Assembly: GCA_029556475.1 (NCBI GenBank)
Contig: JAKQEP010000007.1
Coordinates: 1,274 to 65,273 of the forward strand
Origin: Candidatus Atribacteria bacterium
GTDB taxonomy: Bacteria; Atribacterota; Phoenicimicrobiia; Phoenicimicrobiales; Stramentimicrobiaceae
Reading direction: 5' to 3'
Length of the DNA: 64,000 nt
The position numbers were made by a program, and so were the translations under genes. Shown here piece by piece: positions 56,011 to 64,000 of the stretch; position 1 is the first letter of the stretch; each line of letters begins with the position of its first letter. The notes beneath the pieces were generated by a model. The model searched no databases. It saw nothing but the letters and a program-made list of their open reading frames with translations, and was not told where the DNA came from.

Positions 56011-58782
56011 TTAGGATATTTTTTTAACTTTAACTGCACATACTTTATATTCTGGTATCTTGGAAATGGGATCAAGAGCTGCAATAGTCAACAAATTTGC
56101 CGCAGCTTCATGGAAATGGAAGCTCATAAATACCACTCCCTCATCTGATTTTTCTGTAACTTTAGCCTTTGCCCTAACTTTTCCTCTGCGAGAGGCAACT
56201 TCAATTATTTCTCCATCAGTAATGTTTAGTTCCTGAGCATCCTGGGGACTGATTTCCACTAATGCTTCTTTGTAAATCTCGTTCAACCCTTTGGACCTTC
56301 GAGTAACTGTTCCGGTATGGAAATGGTACAATACTCTTCCTGTAGTTAGGATTAACGGGTATTCTTCATCGGGCAGTTCAACCGCCTCTTTAAATTCAAT
56401 TGGGATAAACTTTCCTTTTCCTCTGCTGAATTTATCCTTATGTAAAAACCTGGTCCCCGGATGTTCCATATTGGGACAGGGCCATTGCAGGCCCTCTTTT
56501 CCCAATCTGGGATAGAGAATCCCTCCGTAAATAGGAGTTAAACTGGCAATTTCTTCCATAATTTCAGCAGGGCTATTATAACTCATTTGATAGCCCATTT
56601 TTTGAGCCAGCTCACAAATTATTTGCCATTCAGGCTTGGCTTCTCCTAAAGGTTCTATAGCTTTATGGAATCTCTGCACTCTTCTTTCGGTATTGGTGAT
56701 TGTTCCATCCTTCTCAGCAAAAGTAACTCCGGGTAATACCACATCAGCTACCTCAGCTGTTTCGGTCAAAAATATGTCAGATACCACTAAAAAATCAACC
56801 CTCTTCAGAGCTTCACGGGCATGTGCCAAATCCGGGTCTGACATAGCCGGATTCTCAGCCATTACAAAAATTCCTCTGATTTTACCATCATAGGCAGCAT
56901 TTAATATTTCTACCACCGTTAATCCTATTTTATCTGGTAGTTCCACTCCCCAGGCTTTAGAAAATTTCTCTCTGGCCTGCGGGTCAGTAACAGCCTGATA
57001 ACCGGAATAGACGTTGGGCAGTGCTCCCATATCGCAGGCACCCTGAACATTGCTTTGCCCGCGCAATGGATTTACACCGGCATTTTCTTTTCCAACATTA
57101 CCGGTTAACATGGCCAGATTAGCCGTAGACATTACATTGTCAGTACCGGTGCTGTGCTGAGTAATTCCCATTGAATAGATTAAAGAAGCACTCTCAGCAC
57201 TGGCATAAATCCGGGCAGCTTTTCTAATGTCTTCAGCCGGCACACCGGTAATTTTTGCTACTATTTCCGGGGTATATTTTAAGACTACTTCTCTCAACTT
57301 TTCATAATCTTCTGTTCTTTCTTTAATAAATTCTTTGTCTTCCAGTCCTTCCATGATAATGACATTCATTAAACCATTAAAGAGAGCCACATCAGTTCCA
57401 GGCCTATGTCTTAACCAGAGTGTGGCATATTTAACTAATTCTATCTCTCTGGGGTCTGCCACAATCAATTTTGCTCCATTTTTGGTAACTGCTTTTTTAA
57501 TTTCCAAAGCAATTATAGGATGGTTCTCAGTAGTATTGGAACCGGTCAGATAGATTACCGGTGCGTTGGCAATCTCTTTAATAGAGTTGGTCATAGCTCC
57601 ACTTCCAAAAGATTGTGCCAGACCGGCAACCGTAGCAGAGTGACAGAGGCGCGCACAGTGGTCCACATTATTGGTTCCAAAAACAGCCCGGGCAAATTTC
57701 ATAAGGAGAAAATTCTCTTCATTAGTACATTTAGCTGAAGAAAGTGCGGCCAGGCTATCACTGCCGCTCTCTTTTTTAATCTCCTGGAACCTATTACTGA
57801 TTAAGGTAAGCGCTTCATCCCAGGAAGCGGGTTCCAGCTTACCATTTTTTCTAATTAACGGAGTTTTTAAGCGATCCTCTTTATGAATGTAGTCATTTCC
57901 AAAACGACCTTTCACACAAAGATTAATTCCATTTACTATACTATCAGAATTGGAAGTTACTTTAACTACCTTTCCGTCTTTAATATTTAAATCAAATCCG
58001 CATCCACATCCACAATAATTACAGGTAGTATGGACTTTTTGAAATTCCCACACCCTTCCTTTTCCTTCAGCTGCTTTGTCAGTTAAGGCTCCAACAGGGC
58101 ATACCGCAACACACTGGCCACAGGAAACACAATTGGAATAATCAGGATTATCTTTTGAACCAATGGTCATTTTGGTCTCATGCCCTAATTTGTGGCCCAA
58201 ACCGGCTATTACCTCTGTTTTTGTTCCACGAAAGCCGAATCCAATGGCTCTTGATTGCTGAATTTCATTACATATTTCAACACATCTCCGACAAAGAATG
58301 CATTTATTTAAATCTCTTAAAATAAAAGGGTTGCTGTTATCAATGGGAAGATTTCTCTCCTTCCTGCCAAAGCCGGACTCTTTAATCCCGAATTCATAGG
58401 CCAAATCCTGTAAATCACATTCTCCATTTTTTTCACAGGTCATACAATCCAGCGGGTGTGTGGTTAATAACAATTCCAATACAGCCCGGCGAGCATTAAC
58501 CACTCTATCGCTATGAGTATATATGACCATCCCTTCATTTACCGGGTAAACACATGAGGCTACCAGACAGGGATGACCTTTAACCTCTACCACACACATA
58601 CGACAGGATCCTGGATAATGATTTATCTCTGACATAGCACATAATGTGGGTATTTTTATACCGGCTTTATTGGCAGCATCCAGAATTGTAGAGCCTGGTT
58701 CTATCATAACTTTTTGGTCATTTATTGTAACTTGAACCATAGGTATTTCTGTTTTTTTATCTTTTATTTCTGTAGCTTTCAT
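56011..58782 (-). CDS. Formate dehydrogenase catalytic subunit (FdhA/FdsA/FdhF2-type) with a fused NuoG-like N-terminal FeS domain; cysteine, not selenocysteine, at the active site
   Basis: N-terminal 2Fe-2S (CAMSEINHYPGSCRMC). A His-ligated cluster (HPLDCMTCEKNGEC). Two ferredoxin-type 4Fe-4S motifs (CILCRRCVEIC, CVSCGQCVAVCP). A MopB cluster (CNYCGCGC). Active-site segment HCARLCHSATV. No in-frame TGA. Confidence 0.9.
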   Translation of the reverse strand: MKATEIKDKKTEIPMVQVTINDQKVMIEPGSTILDAANKAGIKIPTLCAMSEINHYPGSCRMCVVEVKGHPCLVASCVYPVNEGMVIYTHSDRVVNARRAVLELLLTTHPLDCMTCEKNGECDLQDLAYEFGIKESGFGRKERNLPIDNSNPFILRDLNKCILCRRCVEICNEIQQSRAIGFGFRGTKTEVIAGLGHKLGHETKMTIGSKDNPDYSNCVSCGQCVAVCPVGALTDKAAEGKGRVWEFQKVHTTCNYCGCGCGFDLNIKDGKVVKVTSNSDSIVNGINLCVKGRFGNDYIHKEDRLKTPLIRKNGKLEPASWDEALTLISNRFQEIKKESGSDSLAALSSAKCTNEENFLLMKFARAVFGTNNVDHCARLCHSATVAGLAQSFGSGAMTNSIKEIANAPVIYLTGSNTTENHPIIALEIKKAVTKNGAKLIVADPREIELVKYATLWLRHRPGTDVALFNGLMNVIIMEGLEDKEFIKERTEDYEKLREVVLKYTPEIVAKITGVPAEDIRKAARIYASAESASLIYSMGITQHSTGTDNVMSTANLAMLTGNVGKENAGVNPLRGQSNVQGACDMGALPNVYSGYQAVTDPQAREKFSKAWGVELPDKIGLTVVEILNAAYDGKIRGIFVMAENPAMSDPDLAHAREALKRVDFLVVSDIFLTETAEVADVVLPGVTFAEKDGTITNTERRVQRFHKAIEPLGEAKPEWQIICELAQKMGYQMSYNSPAEIMEEIASLTPIYGGILYPRLGKEGLQWPCPNMEHPGTRFLHKDKFSRGKGKFIPIEFKEAVELPDEEYPLILTTGRVLYHFHTGTVTRRSKGLNEIYKEALVEISPQDAQELNITDGEIIEVASRRGKVRAKAKVTEKSDEGVVFMSFHFHEAAANLLTIAALDPISKIPEYKVCAVKVKKIS

Positions 58783-58817
58783 TTTATCTTATTCCATTCC
58801 TTCCTTTCTCTTCAAAA

Positions 58818-61800
58818 TTAGTCTTCTCTGTATTCACAACGCAGGCATCTGCTGCTCTCCCGGCAAGCTATCTCTTTACTCCAGGTTTTCTCCACTTCAT
58901 CATGGATACCTCTTTCGACAACAGGGATGAGATTATCATGTGAACGGGCATAATCCACCGGGTCAGCTTCGGGGTCAAAGTCCACGTTGATAGGATATTT
59001 CACCCTCCAGGGATAAACTCTCTTCTTGCCTGTTAAATAAAAATCAATTGCTTCAGCAGCATTTTGAGCATCACCTATGGCTTCAACTACTGTAGCAGGT
59101 CCTAATGCGACATCGCCACCGGCAAATATATCTCTTATATTAGTTATACCTTTTTCAGTGGAAATAGTCTGATCACGATTAAGATTTACTTCTCCATTAT
59201 TGAACAATTCTGAAAGGGCAGGCTTCTGCCCGATGGATAAGATCAGGGAATCAACTCTCTTATTAAAATTGGAACCCTTATTTTCAACAGGTCTGCGTCG
59301 CCCTGAAGCATCATAATCCCCTAATTTCATATTTACCAGTTCAACTTCCAGATAACCGTTTTCAGACTTTACTGATTTTATATTCTGCAATAGAGAAATG
59401 GCAATACCTTCTCTTTCTGCTTCATTTATTTCAGCTTCATCAGCAGGCATTTCCTCTCTGGTCCTTCGATAAACAATAGTAACGTTTGCTCCTAACCTTT
59501 TAGCAGTTCTGGCAGCATCAATAGCTGAATTGCCCCCACCAATTACCATTACTTCTTTACCAACATCGAGTTTCTCTTTTCTGTTAAATCTGGATAAGAA
59601 TTCTAAACCGCTGAAAATTCTGGGGTTTTCCAAATTGTCCATCTCAGGCATAATAGAATCCCAGGCACCGGCTGAAATATAAAATGCCTGATACCCTTCT
59701 TTTCTAAGCTGATCTAAAGTGATATCTTCTCCCACAATTGTATTGGTTTTTATCTCAACTCCATAATCTATCAGAGCCTGAATTTCTTTATCTACAATAT
59801 TTTTTGGTAAACGGTAAGAAGGTATGGCATAGGTCAACATTCCGCCAGCTTTTGGCTGGGCTTCAAATACGGTTGTTTCATATCCTAACATAGTTAGAAA
59901 ATAAGCATTAGAGAGTCCGGAAGGACCACCACCGATGATGGCAACTTTTTTACCATTTTTCCTATTTTTTTCAGGGAAACAGGCCAGATAATTATCAACC
60001 TGATCTGCCATAAATCTCTTTACAGCACGAATATTGACAGCATCATCAATATCTCTTCGACGACATCTGGTTTCACAAAATGCAGGACATACCCTTCCGC
60101 ATACCGCCGGGAAGGGATTTGTTCTTAAATGCGCCTCCATAGCTTTCTCATATTGTCCTTCTTTAGTGTAAGCCAGATAGGCAGATACATTAACCGAGGC
60201 AGGACAGGAGTTAGTACAGGGCGCGTATACCAATTCTGCGCAAACTCCAGCTCTGCATTTCTTATCTCTGATATGCTCAATATATTCATGTTTGAAATAT
60301 CTTAAGGTGGACAAGATCGGGTTGGGAGCAGTCTGCCCCAGACCACAAAGAGCTGTATCCTGAATCCTATAAGATAATTCCTCTAAGGTATCCAAATCTT
60401 CCATCTTACCTTTGCCTTCACAAATCCTGGTCAATATCTCCAGCATCACCCTGGTCCCTTCACGGCAAGGAGTGCATTTTCCACAGGATTCATCCTGAAT
60501 GAACTCCATAAAATAGCGGGCTATGTCAACCATACAGGTGTCCTCATCCATAACTATCAACCCGCCTGAGCCCATAATAGCTCCAAGTTCTTTTAATGAT
60601 TCATAATCAACTACTGCATTGAGATGCTGTGCCGGAATACAGCCACCTGATGGTCCTCCAATTTGAACAGCTTTGAATTTTTTATTTCCCGGAATTCCCC
60701 CGCCAATATTGTAAACAATTTCACCTAAGGTAATGCCGATGGGAACTTCGATTAAACCGGTATTGTTAATATTTCCGGCAAGGGCAAATACCTTGGTCCC
60801 TTTGCTCTTTTCAGTTCCCACAGAAGCAAAGTTTTCAGCTCCATAAAGAATTATATAAGGTATATTGGCTAAGGTTTCTACATTGTTTAAAACAGTAGGA
60901 GATTGAAATAGCCCTTTGTTGGCAGGGAAAGGTGGTCTTGGTCTGGGCTCTCCCCTCTTACCTTCAATGGAGTGCATTAAGGCAGTCTCTTCACCACAGA
61001 CAAATGCTCCAGCTCCTAATCTAATTTCAACATCAAAATCAAAGCCAGTTCCCAGGATATTTTTACCGAGTAAATTATGTTTCTTCATCTCATTAATAGC
61101 TATTCTTAATCTTTCAATAGCTAAGGGGTATTCCGCTCGAACGTAAATATATCCCTGGTTAGCACCGATAGCATAACCGCCAATCATCATAGCCTCCAAT
61201 ACGCTGTAGGAATCCCCCTCCAGCATACTGCGGTCCATAAATGCACCCGGGTCTCCTTCATCTGCATTGCATAAAATATATTTTGGCTGACCGGATGCTT
61301 TGGCAGCAAATTCCCACTTCAATCCTGTTGGAAAGCCAGCTCCACCTCTGCCCCTTAATCCTGATTTTTTAATTTCGTCAATAACCTGCTGAGGGGTCAT
61401 CTCTGTCAATACCTTGGCTAAAGCCATAAAACCATCTGCCCCGATATAATCATCAATAGTGTTAACATCGATGATTCCACAGTTTCTGCGGGCAATTTTT
61501 CTCTGCAATTTAAAGAAATCAATGTCTTCCATCATAGCCACTAATTCTTCTGTTTTAGGCTTTTTATAAAAAAGCCGCTGTACCACTCTTCCCTTTAAAA
61601 TATGTTCCTGTACAATTTCCCGGGCATCTTCTGGTTTTAATTGCTGGTAAAACACACCATCGGGATAGACCACCATAATAGGTCCCAGTTCACAGATACC
61701 CATGCAACCGGTATGTATTATTTCTACTTCTTTTTCCAGATTAGCCTCTTTTAATGCCTCTTCCAATGCTTCTCTCACTCTCGCTGCTCCATTAGACATA

Positions 61801-61847
61801 CAGGAAGTACCATGACACAGAAGAAGCTGTGTTCTTATATTATTCAT
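58818..61847 (-). CDS. Fusion protein: thioredoxin-like 2Fe-2S domain + NuoF-like FMN/NADH/4Fe-4S module + GltD/NfnB-like FAD/NAD(P)H oxidoreductase module
   Basis: CHGTSC...CMGICELGP (2Fe-2S). GLRGRGGAGFPTGLKW (FMN). ESCGKCTPCREG (N3-type cluster). Then NPFPAVCGRVCPAFCETRC, the FAD motif VAIIGGGPSGLS and the NAD(P)H motif VIGGGNSAIDAA, typical of glutamate synthase small-subunit-like proteins. One uninterrupted 1009-aa ORF. Confidence 0.85.
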   Translation of the reverse strand: MNNIRTQLLLCHGTSCMSNGAARVREALEEALKEANLEKEVEIIHTGCMGICELGPIMVVYPDGVFYQQLKPEDAREIVQEHILKGRVVQRLFYKKPKTEELVAMMEDIDFFKLQRKIARRNCGIIDVNTIDDYIGADGFMALAKVLTEMTPQQVIDEIKKSGLRGRGGAGFPTGLKWEFAAKASGQPKYILCNADEGDPGAFMDRSMLEGDSYSVLEAMMIGGYAIGANQGYIYVRAEYPLAIERLRIAINEMKKHNLLGKNILGTGFDFDVEIRLGAGAFVCGEETALMHSIEGKRGEPRPRPPFPANKGLFQSPTVLNNVETLANIPYIILYGAENFASVGTEKSKGTKVFALAGNINNTGLIEVPIGITLGEIVYNIGGGIPGNKKFKAVQIGGPSGGCIPAQHLNAVVDYESLKELGAIMGSGGLIVMDEDTCMVDIARYFMEFIQDESCGKCTPCREGTRVMLEILTRICEGKGKMEDLDTLEELSYRIQDTALCGLGQTAPNPILSTLRYFKHEYIEHIRDKKCRAGVCAELVYAPCTNSCPASVNVSAYLAYTKEGQYEKAMEAHLRTNPFPAVCGRVCPAFCETRCRRRDIDDAVNIRAVKRFMADQVDNYLACFPEKNRKNGKKVAIIGGGPSGLSNAYFLTMLGYETTVFEAQPKAGGMLTYAIPSYRLPKNIVDKEIQALIDYGVEIKTNTIVGEDITLDQLRKEGYQAFYISAGAWDSIMPEMDNLENPRIFSGLEFLSRFNRKEKLDVGKEVMVIGGGNSAIDAARTAKRLGANVTIVYRRTREEMPADEAEINEAEREGIAISLLQNIKSVKSENGYLEVELVNMKLGDYDASGRRRPVENKGSNFNKRVDSLILSIGQKPALSELFNNGEVNLNRDQTISTEKGITNIRDIFAGGDVALGPATVVEAIGDAQNAAEAIDFYLTGKKRVYPWRVKYPINVDFDPEADPVDYARSHDNLIPVVERGIHDEVEKTWSKEIACRESSRCLRCEYRED

Positions 61848-61878
61848 AATTAATCTACTCCTTATTTTCCTTATTTAA

Positions 61879-62376
61879 CTATTTATATTTTTCTAATATT
61901 GCATCTAATTTGCTGGCAGTTAACCGACCATGAACATCCTGGTCAATCATAATGACAGGTGCCATTCCACAGGAGCCAAAACAACGCTGTTCTCCTAAGG
62001 TAAACCTCAGATCTTCTGTTGTTTCACCTATCTTTATTCCTAACTTATCTTCCAAAGCTTCTAAAATCTTTTTAGCACCCCTCACATAACAGGCTGTTCC
62101 CATACAGACAGTAATAGTATGCCTTCCTACAGGTTGTGTTTTAAAATAGGAATAGAATGTTACCACTCCAAATACTTCACTTACCGAGATATTCATCTCA
62201 TCCGCAATGAATTTTTGGACTTCTTTAGGTAAGTAACCAAACAAAGATTGCGCTTTATACAAAACTGGGATTAAATAGCCTCTTTTTTCTCTATTTTCCC
62301 TAATAAAGTTACCCAATTCCTGATATTTTTCTTCAGCGGTCAATTCTTCATTTTTAATAACAGTTGTTTCATTCAT
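61879..62376 (-). CDS. NuoE/HydC-like thioredoxin-fold 2Fe-2S subunit
   Basis: CMGTACYVRG...CFGSCGMAP cluster motif. 165 aa. The start overlaps the upstream stop (TAATG). Confidence 0.85.
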   Translation of the reverse strand: MNETTVIKNEELTAEEKYQELGNFIRENREKRGYLIPVLYKAQSLFGYLPKEVQKFIADEMNISVSEVFGVVTFYSYFKTQPVGRHTITVCMGTACYVRGAKKILEALEDKLGIKIGETTEDLRFTLGEQRCFGSCGMAPVIMIDQDVHGRLTASKLDAILEKYK

Positions 62377-62744
62377 TATTTTTTCCCCTTTGAAAATAGA
62401 TATTGTTCTACTACTCTATTGTTTAAAACATGTTCGTTAAAGATTAGCCTTGCCGCTTCTATATCAACATTTCGATAGGTTACCGGCCTTTGCTCTTCAA
62501 CATAGATATGAATCATAGGCTCCTGAGCGCAAAACCCAAAACAACCTGATGCCGTAACTATAATATCAGATCTTTTGCTGTTTTCTATCAAGGTTACAAA
62601 TTCATTCATAACCTCTCTGGCACCAGCCGCTATTCCACAACTGCCCATTCCAACCACAATTTTGATCCGGTGTTGCCCTGACCTCAACCTCAGATCTTGT
62701 TTTACTTTCTCCCGCATCAATTTTAGTTCTTCAATATTTTTCAT
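62376..62744 (-). CDS. Small thioredoxin-like (2Fe-2S) ferredoxin-domain protein
   Basis: GMGSCGIAAGA...ASGCFGFCAQEP. 122 aa. Comparable small proteins occur in HydABC-type hydrogenase clusters. Confidence 0.7.
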   Translation of the reverse strand: MKNIEELKLMREKVKQDLRLRSGQHRIKIVVGMGSCGIAAGAREVMNEFVTLIENSKRSDIIVTASGCFGFCAQEPMIHIYVEEQRPVTYRNVDIEAARLIFNEHVLNNRVVEQYLFSKGKK

Positions 62745-62794
62745 AACTCCTACTCCCCAAACATTATTTTTTTAAAATGTATTTTATATTCTAT

Positions 62795-63319
62795 TTATAT
62801 CCTTAACTCTTTTTGGGATACCTCTTGAATGTGTTTTCTTATATTGCTGTAATCCTTTTGTCCTTTCTCAATTTCAATTCTTAATTCCTGGAAATCTAAA
62901 ACCAGTTTTTCAGTATCATTTTCTATTCTAAACAGCTTTAGGGCGAGTTCTGGCCAGGCAAAGAAGATATCTGAAAAAGTTCTGGATAGATCGCCGAGAG
63001 GCTTAGCATCAATATGGGTCAGATACATTTTAAACTGAAGAGCAGTACCACCACTCTCATCTATTCTCATTATCTTTAAATACCCACAGGTGTCCTCCAC
63101 CGCTCTTTTTAATAAAGGAAGGCCTAATCCTACTCTTCTGGTCTTTCTGGAAGTGACAAAAGGGTCTAATACTTCCTGACCGTTAATTCCTTTTCCATTG
63201 TCAGATATAGAGCAAAAAAAATAACTCTTAGTATGAGCTATTTTTACAATAACTTCATTTGCTCCGGCATTCACTGAATTTTCTAAAATATCAAAAAGAT
63301 GGTCTGCTAAATCTTTCAA
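62795..63319 (-). CDS. Stand-alone histidine-kinase-like ATPase (HATPase_c) domain protein
   Basis: N-box ILENSVNAGA, G1 box DNGKGI and G2-like GLGLPLL. There is no HisKA, sensor or TM region in its 174 aa. Confidence 0.7.
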   Translation of the reverse strand: MKDLADHLFDILENSVNAGANEVIVKIAHTKSYFFCSISDNGKGINGQEVLDPFVTSRKTRRVGLGLPLLKRAVEDTCGYLKIMRIDESGGTALQFKMYLTHIDAKPLGDLSRTFSDIFFAWPELALKLFRIENDTEKLVLDFQELRIEIEKGQKDYSNIRKHIQEVSQKELRI

Positions 63320-64000
63320 TTTTTATCTTTCTTAAAAAATATTTTAATGAATCAAAATCAACTATATAATGCTCATCTTCTACTTCGAAAAAAAATGTTC
63401 CAATATCTTCTAAAAAATGACTATCTGAACCGCTAATAACCGGAAATCCTTCAATCAAATCCCCGATTTTACACTTCTTTTTTATCCACTCATATCTTGA
63501 TAATTCAACAGCATCAAACTCACTTTTGGGATCCAAAAAACCAATCTGGCTCTTTATACTGCAATAATCTCTGTAAATATGAGCAGGGATAGCCAATCCA
63601 CCAAGATGATGAATGAGTTTTACCAACTCATCTAAACTTATTTGTAGAGCATTTTGTCTTAACAGGCAATCTATTTCAACTATCTCCCCCTCTTGGTCAT
63701 AGATGAGCTGGTCACCAAAAAAAGAAGCCCTGTTCTCCATTTGGGGTAAATACTCGTTTATCTTTTCCCCCATCTCTCTTATACTTACTTCATCCGGGAA
63801 ATAACCCAATAAATGAACTTCTTCTTTAGTAGTAAGCTCGACTCCGAGTATGATATTAACCGGGCTTGCTTTTTTAATTTCACTGATTAAGATAGAATGT
63901 GCAATCGCGTTGTGATCAGTAATGGCAATTAGATTTAATCCACTCTGTTCTGCCTTTTTCAATATATTTTGTGGAGACATAATATTTTCCCCACAGGCAG
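63291..64000 (-). CDS. PHP (polymerase/histidinol-phosphatase) domain protein, 5-prime partial at the window edge
   Basis: IAITDHN and GSDSH metal-binding motifs. The frame stays open upstream of the first Met (..ACGENIMSPQNI..) to position 64000, so the true N-terminus lies outside the window. It overlaps the HATPase gene by 29 nt. Confidence 0.7.
   Translation of the reverse strand, partial: ACGENIMSPQNILKKAEQSGLNLIAITDHNAIAHSILISEIKKASPVNIILGVELTTKEEVHLLGYFPDEVSIREMGEKINEYLPQMENRASFFGDQLIYDQEGEIVEIDCLLRQNALQISLDELVKLIHHLGGLAIPAHIYRDYCSIKSQIGFLDPKSEFDAVELSRYEWIKKKCKIGDLIEGFPVISGSDSHFLEDIGTFFFEVEDEHYIVDFDSLKYFLRKIKIERFSRPSF

Noticed and set aside
56011-58782. Selenocysteine-containing formate dehydrogenase
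   Set aside because: The ORF is uninterrupted, with no in-frame TGA. The active-site position reads Cys (ARLCHS). No SECIS-like requirement arises.

Overview
AT-rich bacterial chromosomal segment. All 54 supported CDS and all 5 tRNAs are on the minus strand. The plus-strand ORFs in the track are antisense shadows of these genes or translations of repeats. Reading the minus strand from 64000 down to 1: (1) a formate dehydrogenase operon, 5-prime partial at the window edge: PHP-domain protein, orphan HATPase, small 2Fe-2S protein, NuoE-like subunit, a 1009-aa NuoF-GltD fusion, an FdhA-type catalytic subunit, FocA and a strong terminator; (2) mobA, fdhD, an internally duplicated membrane protein, a YqgF-like protein and hypF-C-D-E; (3) AMMECR1, mreB, mreC, an M16 peptidase, DUF951, rpsF, rpsR, a DUF2232 protein, rplI and dnaB; (4) tRNA-Lys, tRNA-Glu and tRNA-Val; (5) an IclR regulator followed by pyrB-pyrK-pyrD packed against a Liv-type ABC transporter, then aspA and an allantoinase/hydantoinase-like amidohydrolase; (6) an AbiEi/AbiEii type IV toxin-antitoxin pair whose toxin stop codon lies inside tRNA-Thr; (7) rsmA, spoVG, tRNA-Gln, glmU, prs, ctc, pth and mfd, which is a Bacillus-like order; (8) an outer-membrane block: mazG, TolC, a periplasmic adaptor, an RND pump, bamA, skp, lptB, DUF3084 and an SLH-anchored OmpM-type porin. 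Firmicutes-like synteny combined with outer-membrane and LPS genes suggests a diderm Firmicutes-like lineage (Halanaerobiales- or Negativicutes-like). That placement is an inference and was not tested. The unexplained signals are: a mosaic intergenic repeat family seen at seven or more loci, built from phased heptanucleotide arrays plus a GC-rich hairpin with conserved flanks and a variable core; two perfect 49-50 bp direct repeats; the NuoF-GltD fusion in the FDH complex; and the pyr/transporter/aspartase locus, which may be catabolic. No CRISPR array, rRNA gene, transposase or integrase was found.
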